A stretch of 64,000 nucleotides of DNA from Verrucomicrobiota bacterium (GTDB taxonomy: Bacteria; Verrucomicrobiota; Lentisphaeria; Lentisphaerales; Lentisphaeraceae): positions 32,001-96,000 of the forward strand of contig JBDKFG010000006.1 in assembly GCA_039798785.1 (NCBI GenBank). The letters run 5' to 3'. A program made the translations under genes and the position numbers. A model generated the notes under the pieces. That model was not told where the DNA came from. It made no database searches and saw only the letters and a program-made list of their open reading frames with translations. Below, piece by piece: positions 60,523 to 64,000 of this stretch. How positions within the stretch are numbered: position 1 is the first letter of the stretch; each line of letters begins with the position of its first letter.

Positions 60523-61449
60523 TTACGGCTGAGCGACCTCAGGTTCGCTCAGGTCGACGACCGTGGAGCTTTCTTGAGTCGGATCGTTTTTGAACTCATT
60601 CGGGGTCAGCTTAGACCAGAAATATTGCATCATGTCTTGTTCTTGACCTTCCTTCAGATATTCCCGGAAGGAGCGTTTGGACGAAGGCATGGCTGCAATC
60701 CGTTTCTGGGTCCGCTCGAGATCTGCATTCCATTGGCCTTTCAGCTTCTCCAGGCTGGTCGCGTCGGCATTTTTTAACTGTGTCTTCAGCGTTTCTGTCG
60801 ACTTGTGGAAATCGGTCAGCACATCCGTCGCCTGAGTGTAATCCTCATCCGACAAGCTCATAAATGCATAAGAGATCATTGACAAATTTTGCTCCACCTC
60901 GGGGTAGCGTTCCAGTATGGATTTGGATTCTTTGTCGAGAGTCTGAATCTGTTCCGCCAGAACCCGTTCTTCGGGACTCATCTTTTCGAGGACGGCGTCA
61001 GTGAGCTCATCAGAGGGGCCCATCAATCCAGTGGACTCGATCCATCCTCCACGCATACAAAGAGCATCCCGAGCCGCCTCGAGACGCTTCAATCGTTCAC
61101 TGTCCTCAGAGGAGAGTCCCAGGAACTTGTGTCGAAGGATTTGTGAGCGTTGGCCAATCCGGTTGCAATACTCGATCATCCCGTCACGATACTCATGTCC
61201 CCCCTGATTCTCCTGAATAATCCGCTCCACTTCGCTCATCGTCGCGACGGCTTTCCCCGGCTTGGCGGTTTTTGCGTTCGCCGCAAGCTTTTGCGCTTCG
61301 GATTTTCCGTCGCCTTTTTGCGCTCCCGGCAAAGCCGGCTTTTCGGCGCTTTTCGCAGCGGCCGGCGCGGCCACTGGAGCTGGCCACTTCCAGATCAAAC
61401 AGCCGATGACGGCAAGGCTGAGGGTGTGCAAAGCGTAATGAGGGTTCAT
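60523..61449 (-). CDS. Hypothetical membrane-anchored helical protein
   Basis: 308-aa ORF with N-terminal TM segment and Ala/Lys linker; visibly more AT-rich than its neighbours; GGAG RBS. Confidence 0.7.
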   Translation of the reverse strand: MNPHYALHTLSLAVIGCLIWKWPAPVAAPAAAKSAEKPALPGAQKGDGKSEAQKLAANAKTAKPGKAVATMSEVERIIQENQGGHEYRDGMIEYCNRIGQRSQILRHKFLGLSSEDSERLKRLEAARDALCMRGGWIESTGLMGPSDELTDAVLEKMSPEERVLAEQIQTLDKESKSILERYPEVEQNLSMISYAFMSLSDEDYTQATDVLTDFHKSTETLKTQLKNADATSLEKLKGQWNADLERTQKRIAAMPSSKRSFREYLKEGQEQDMMQYFWSKLTPNEFKNDPTQESSTVVDLSEPEVAQP

Positions 61450-61667
61450 ATCGGGTCTCCGGGCGAGTCTGATTCCAAGCTACACCCAGAGGATATGGAA
61501 AAGCAAGTCGGTGCCCGTCTCGCGCTGATCGATCCGGCCCTGGCGGTTACAGTGCGAGTCGAGGATTTCCCCGGCGAAATTCTCTTCCGGTGTCTCGGTT
61601 TCGCCTTGTTCTTCGCCTGCGGTCAAGCCATTTTGGCGGCACTCCCCCACCCCGAGGCCACCTTCCC

Positions 61668-63446
61668 ATGACACTCCGTTCTTGGCTGCAACCAGCCGCA
61701 CTTCTAGGCGCCACTGCGCTTGCGGCCTTCCTCTTCTACAGCCGCATGGGCCAGGCCTGCGGACCGAATCTCGACACCGGCGAATGCCTGAGCCGGCCCG
61801 AGGAAATCGTCGGCAGCCGACTGCAGTTCGACTTCCTCGACGGCATCAAGGATCTCATCTCCGCGCTGAAGGAGAGAAAGGTGGCGCTCCGCTCCGATCG
61901 CAGCCGCCTCGAGGACTACCTGCGGATGGGCGTGCTCGGCCGCAATCACGCCCCGATGTCCTGCTGCTACGCCGCCCGCGACTTGCTCAAGGATCCCGAT
62001 GACTCCAAGCTCCAGGAAGCGCTCGACCAGCCCGCGCCGCGCGCCGCCCTCATCCTCTACGCCGTCTGCAACAGCTTCGAACGCGAAGAGGACCTGCTGC
62101 GCTTCGTCGAGCGCTTCGACCGCCTGAGCCTCAGCCCCGAGGAATTCGTCGGAGCCGACCTGCTCGCCCTCGCCTGCTACCGCTTCGCCCGCTACGAACG
62201 CTGCGAAACCCTGCTCGCCCGCGCCGCCCCGTCCCCCTTGAGCCGCTGGCTGAAGGCGAAATGCGCCTTCCGCAAAGGCGATCTCGACGGCACCGAGGCG
62301 GCCTACCGCGAACTGCTCGGCCAAGATGGCGCCCAGTTCGAACGCGGCGCCTGGAAGGCCCTGGTCTGCCCGGGAGCGGCCGAAGCCAGGCGCCGAACGC
62401 ACATCATCAACAGCGACCCGAACCTCGAATACGCCCTGCTCCTGCTCAGTCAGGAAAAATACCCCGAAGCCCTGAAGCATTTCCTTCTCGCCCGCGAAGG
62501 CTACGCCAGCGCCTACGTCGCCGAGCGCGTTTTGACTTGCGACGAGCTGCTCAAATTCTGCCGCGATGAAGCCTTGCCCGGCCAGGAAGATGCCAAGGAG
62601 GACAGCTTGAGTCCTCCCCCCGAGCCGAGCCTCGACAGCGGCGGCTGTGCCGAGCAGTTCCGGGTTCACGAAAGCGAGCTCTGGGAAGGCGTCGAAGTCG
62701 CCCAGCTCCGCCGCGACACCGCGACCATCCTCGCCCGCCGCCTGGTGAGGGAAAAACGCTACGACGAAGCGATGCCTTTCTTCCCGCCAGCGCTGCAGCA
62801 GTCTTTGCAGAACTATGTCGATCATCTCAATCTTGGTCAGGACTTGCACAGCCCGGCGCCTAAACGCGCCGAAGCGCTCTGGCAGGCGGCGCTGATCTGC
62901 CGCGAACAGGGCATGGAGCTGATGGGCACCTGGCTCGGGCCGGATGGGGGGATTTACGAGGGGAGTTTTGAGGTCGAGCCGGAATCGATCCGTTTGCGAT
63001 TTCAGCAACGCTATGATCTTAAGCCCAGCGAAAATGAGCATGAACGTGCGGCACGTTCGGTCGCCGCGCTTCCCGCGACCCGTTTCCACTACCGCATTCT
63101 CGCCGCTGAGCTCGCCTGGGAGGCCTGTTCCTTGATGCCGAGCAGCCACGAGCTCGGCCTCCGTCTCAACCGTGCGGGGCGTTGGATCGATTCCTGTGGA
63201 CAGGTCAGCTATGCCGATCGTCATTACAAGGCACTGGTCAAGCGTTGCCGTCATCTGCCTATCGGCAGGGTCGCCGACAAGCAACGCTGGTTTCTCAGCG
63301 ACGCGCAGCTTGAGAATCTGGCTCAGCTCGATCCCGGCGATCTGCGCTGGACGGGCCGCCTGATCAAGGTCGGCATCCTCCTCGGCCTGCTGCTCGCTTT
63401 CGCCATCTTCGCCCGCTTCATCTGGAAACACCGGATCAACGGATGA
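61668..63446 (+). CDS. Exported TPR-like helical protein with C-terminal TM anchor
   Basis: Signal ending ...GQA-CGP; WLKAK, AYVAERVLT, LARRLVRE, GMELMG, RFHYR; C-terminal hydrophobic helix. Confidence 0.7.
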   Translation: MTLRSWLQPAALLGATALAAFLFYSRMGQACGPNLDTGECLSRPEEIVGSRLQFDFLDGIKDLISALKERKVALRSDRSRLEDYLRMGVLGRNHAPMSCCYAARDLLKDPDDSKLQEALDQPAPRAALILYAVCNSFEREEDLLRFVERFDRLSLSPEEFVGADLLALACYRFARYERCETLLARAAPSPLSRWLKAKCAFRKGDLDGTEAAYRELLGQDGAQFERGAWKALVCPGAAEARRRTHIINSDPNLEYALLLLSQEKYPEALKHFLLAREGYASAYVAERVLTCDELLKFCRDEALPGQEDAKEDSLSPPPEPSLDSGGCAEQFRVHESELWEGVEVAQLRRDTATILARRLVREKRYDEAMPFFPPALQQSLQNYVDHLNLGQDLHSPAPKRAEALWQAALICREQGMELMGTWLGPDGGIYEGSFEVEPESIRLRFQQRYDLKPSENEHERAARSVAALPATRFHYRILAAELAWEACSLMPSSHELGLRLNRAGRWIDSCGQVSYADRHYKALVKRCRHLPIGRVADKQRWFLSDAQLENLAQLDPGDLRWTGRLIKVGILLGLLLAFAIFARFIWKHRING

Positions 63447-63485
63447 AGAAAGCTGACGAGTTGCGTAGTCATGGGCTTTGGGCTC

Positions 63486-63572
63486 TGACCCCTTGCGGGT
63501 CGGAATTCATTTTCTGCCTAGACCCAGGGTCGAAGCGACCCTGGGCTACCATGTGTGACCCGCAAGGGGTCA
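63486..63572. repeat. REP-like element (ACCCTGGGCT family)
   Basis: 16-bp inverted arms TGACCCCTTGCGGGTC / GACCCGCAAGGGGTCA enclosing CCCAGGGTCG-AAG-CGACCCTGGG. Confidence 0.82.
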
Positions 63573-63624
63573 AGCTCATAGGCAAGACAATAACTATCTC
63601 TTCGTTGACATCTTGGATCACCTC

Positions 63625-64000
63625 ATGAATCCCCTCCGCCTCTACTCCCTCCTCGCTGCCCTGGTCCTGGCCGGCCTCGCCTTCTTCTTCGGCAGCCGCG
63701 CCAGTGCCTGCTGGTGTGGCGCGGATGCCGCCTTGATCCCCGATCCGCAACGGGAAGTGATCCGCTGCCCGATCCTCGACTTCGACGAGAACCTCAAGAT
63801 TCTCTGCGCCGACATTCCGGTGGAGGAGAAATCCATTCTCTGCAATGAAGGTCAAGACGACTACGCCGAACGATTCCTCGCGGCAGAGACCGAGCTCATT
63901 CGCCAAGGCGGCCAAAACGAGGGCCAGGCGATCCTGCTCTACCAGCAGATTTGCGGCCTCCGCGACCTTGTCGAAGCGACAAAACTCGGCGAAGGCCTCT
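63625..64000 (+). CDS. Exported protein, 3'-truncated by the window edge; possible paralog of 61668..63446
   Basis: MNPLRLYSLLAALVLAGLAFFFGSRASACWCG...; frame open to the window end. Confidence 0.65.
   Translation, partial: MNPLRLYSLLAALVLAGLAFFFGSRASACWCGADAALIPDPQREVIRCPILDFDENLKILCADIPVEEKSILCNEGQDDYAERFLAAETELIRQGGQNEGQAILLYQQICGLRDLVEATKLGEGL

Overview
High-GC bacterial chromosomal segment. The gene styles (ECF sigma with FecR or with a Ser/Thr kinase, prepilin-like H-Xn-DG proteins, many REP-like repeats) suggest the PVC superphylum, possibly Lentisphaerae; this is an inference. Left end: an ethanolamine locus with a HAD phosphatase, a FUSED and active-site-divergent EutBC, DUF779, and a second canonical eutB-eutC split by a perfect (AACTCTT)9 tract. 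Next come a GT2 plus B12-radical-SAM pair and housekeeping genes (miaA, lspA, dksA with a histone-like tail, zwf, rlmI). From 18.6 to 30.7 kb is the best candidate for an undescribed system. Four transcription units (a putative novel glycoside hydrolase; a sugar MFS with GH20; two pilin-like/membrane-protein cassettes) each carry the same upstream motif TGTCAAAT-N14-GCATT. They surround an ECF sigma factor that converges on a CBM32/discoidin-tipped kinase lacking the catalytic Lys. Further right are a photolyase, two adjacent MITEs with CCTA...TAGG ends and 5-bp target duplications, a desaturase, an iron-type TonB receptor-piuC-tonB-exbBD operon with twin palindromic operators, hisS, secA, bioC, LysR, nitrilase, hemG, bioF, a 30-aa small ORF, UvrD and tandem TPR-like exported proteins. 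No rRNA, tRNA, CRISPR array or transposase gene was recognised. All calls are by-eye motif recognition; no database search was run.
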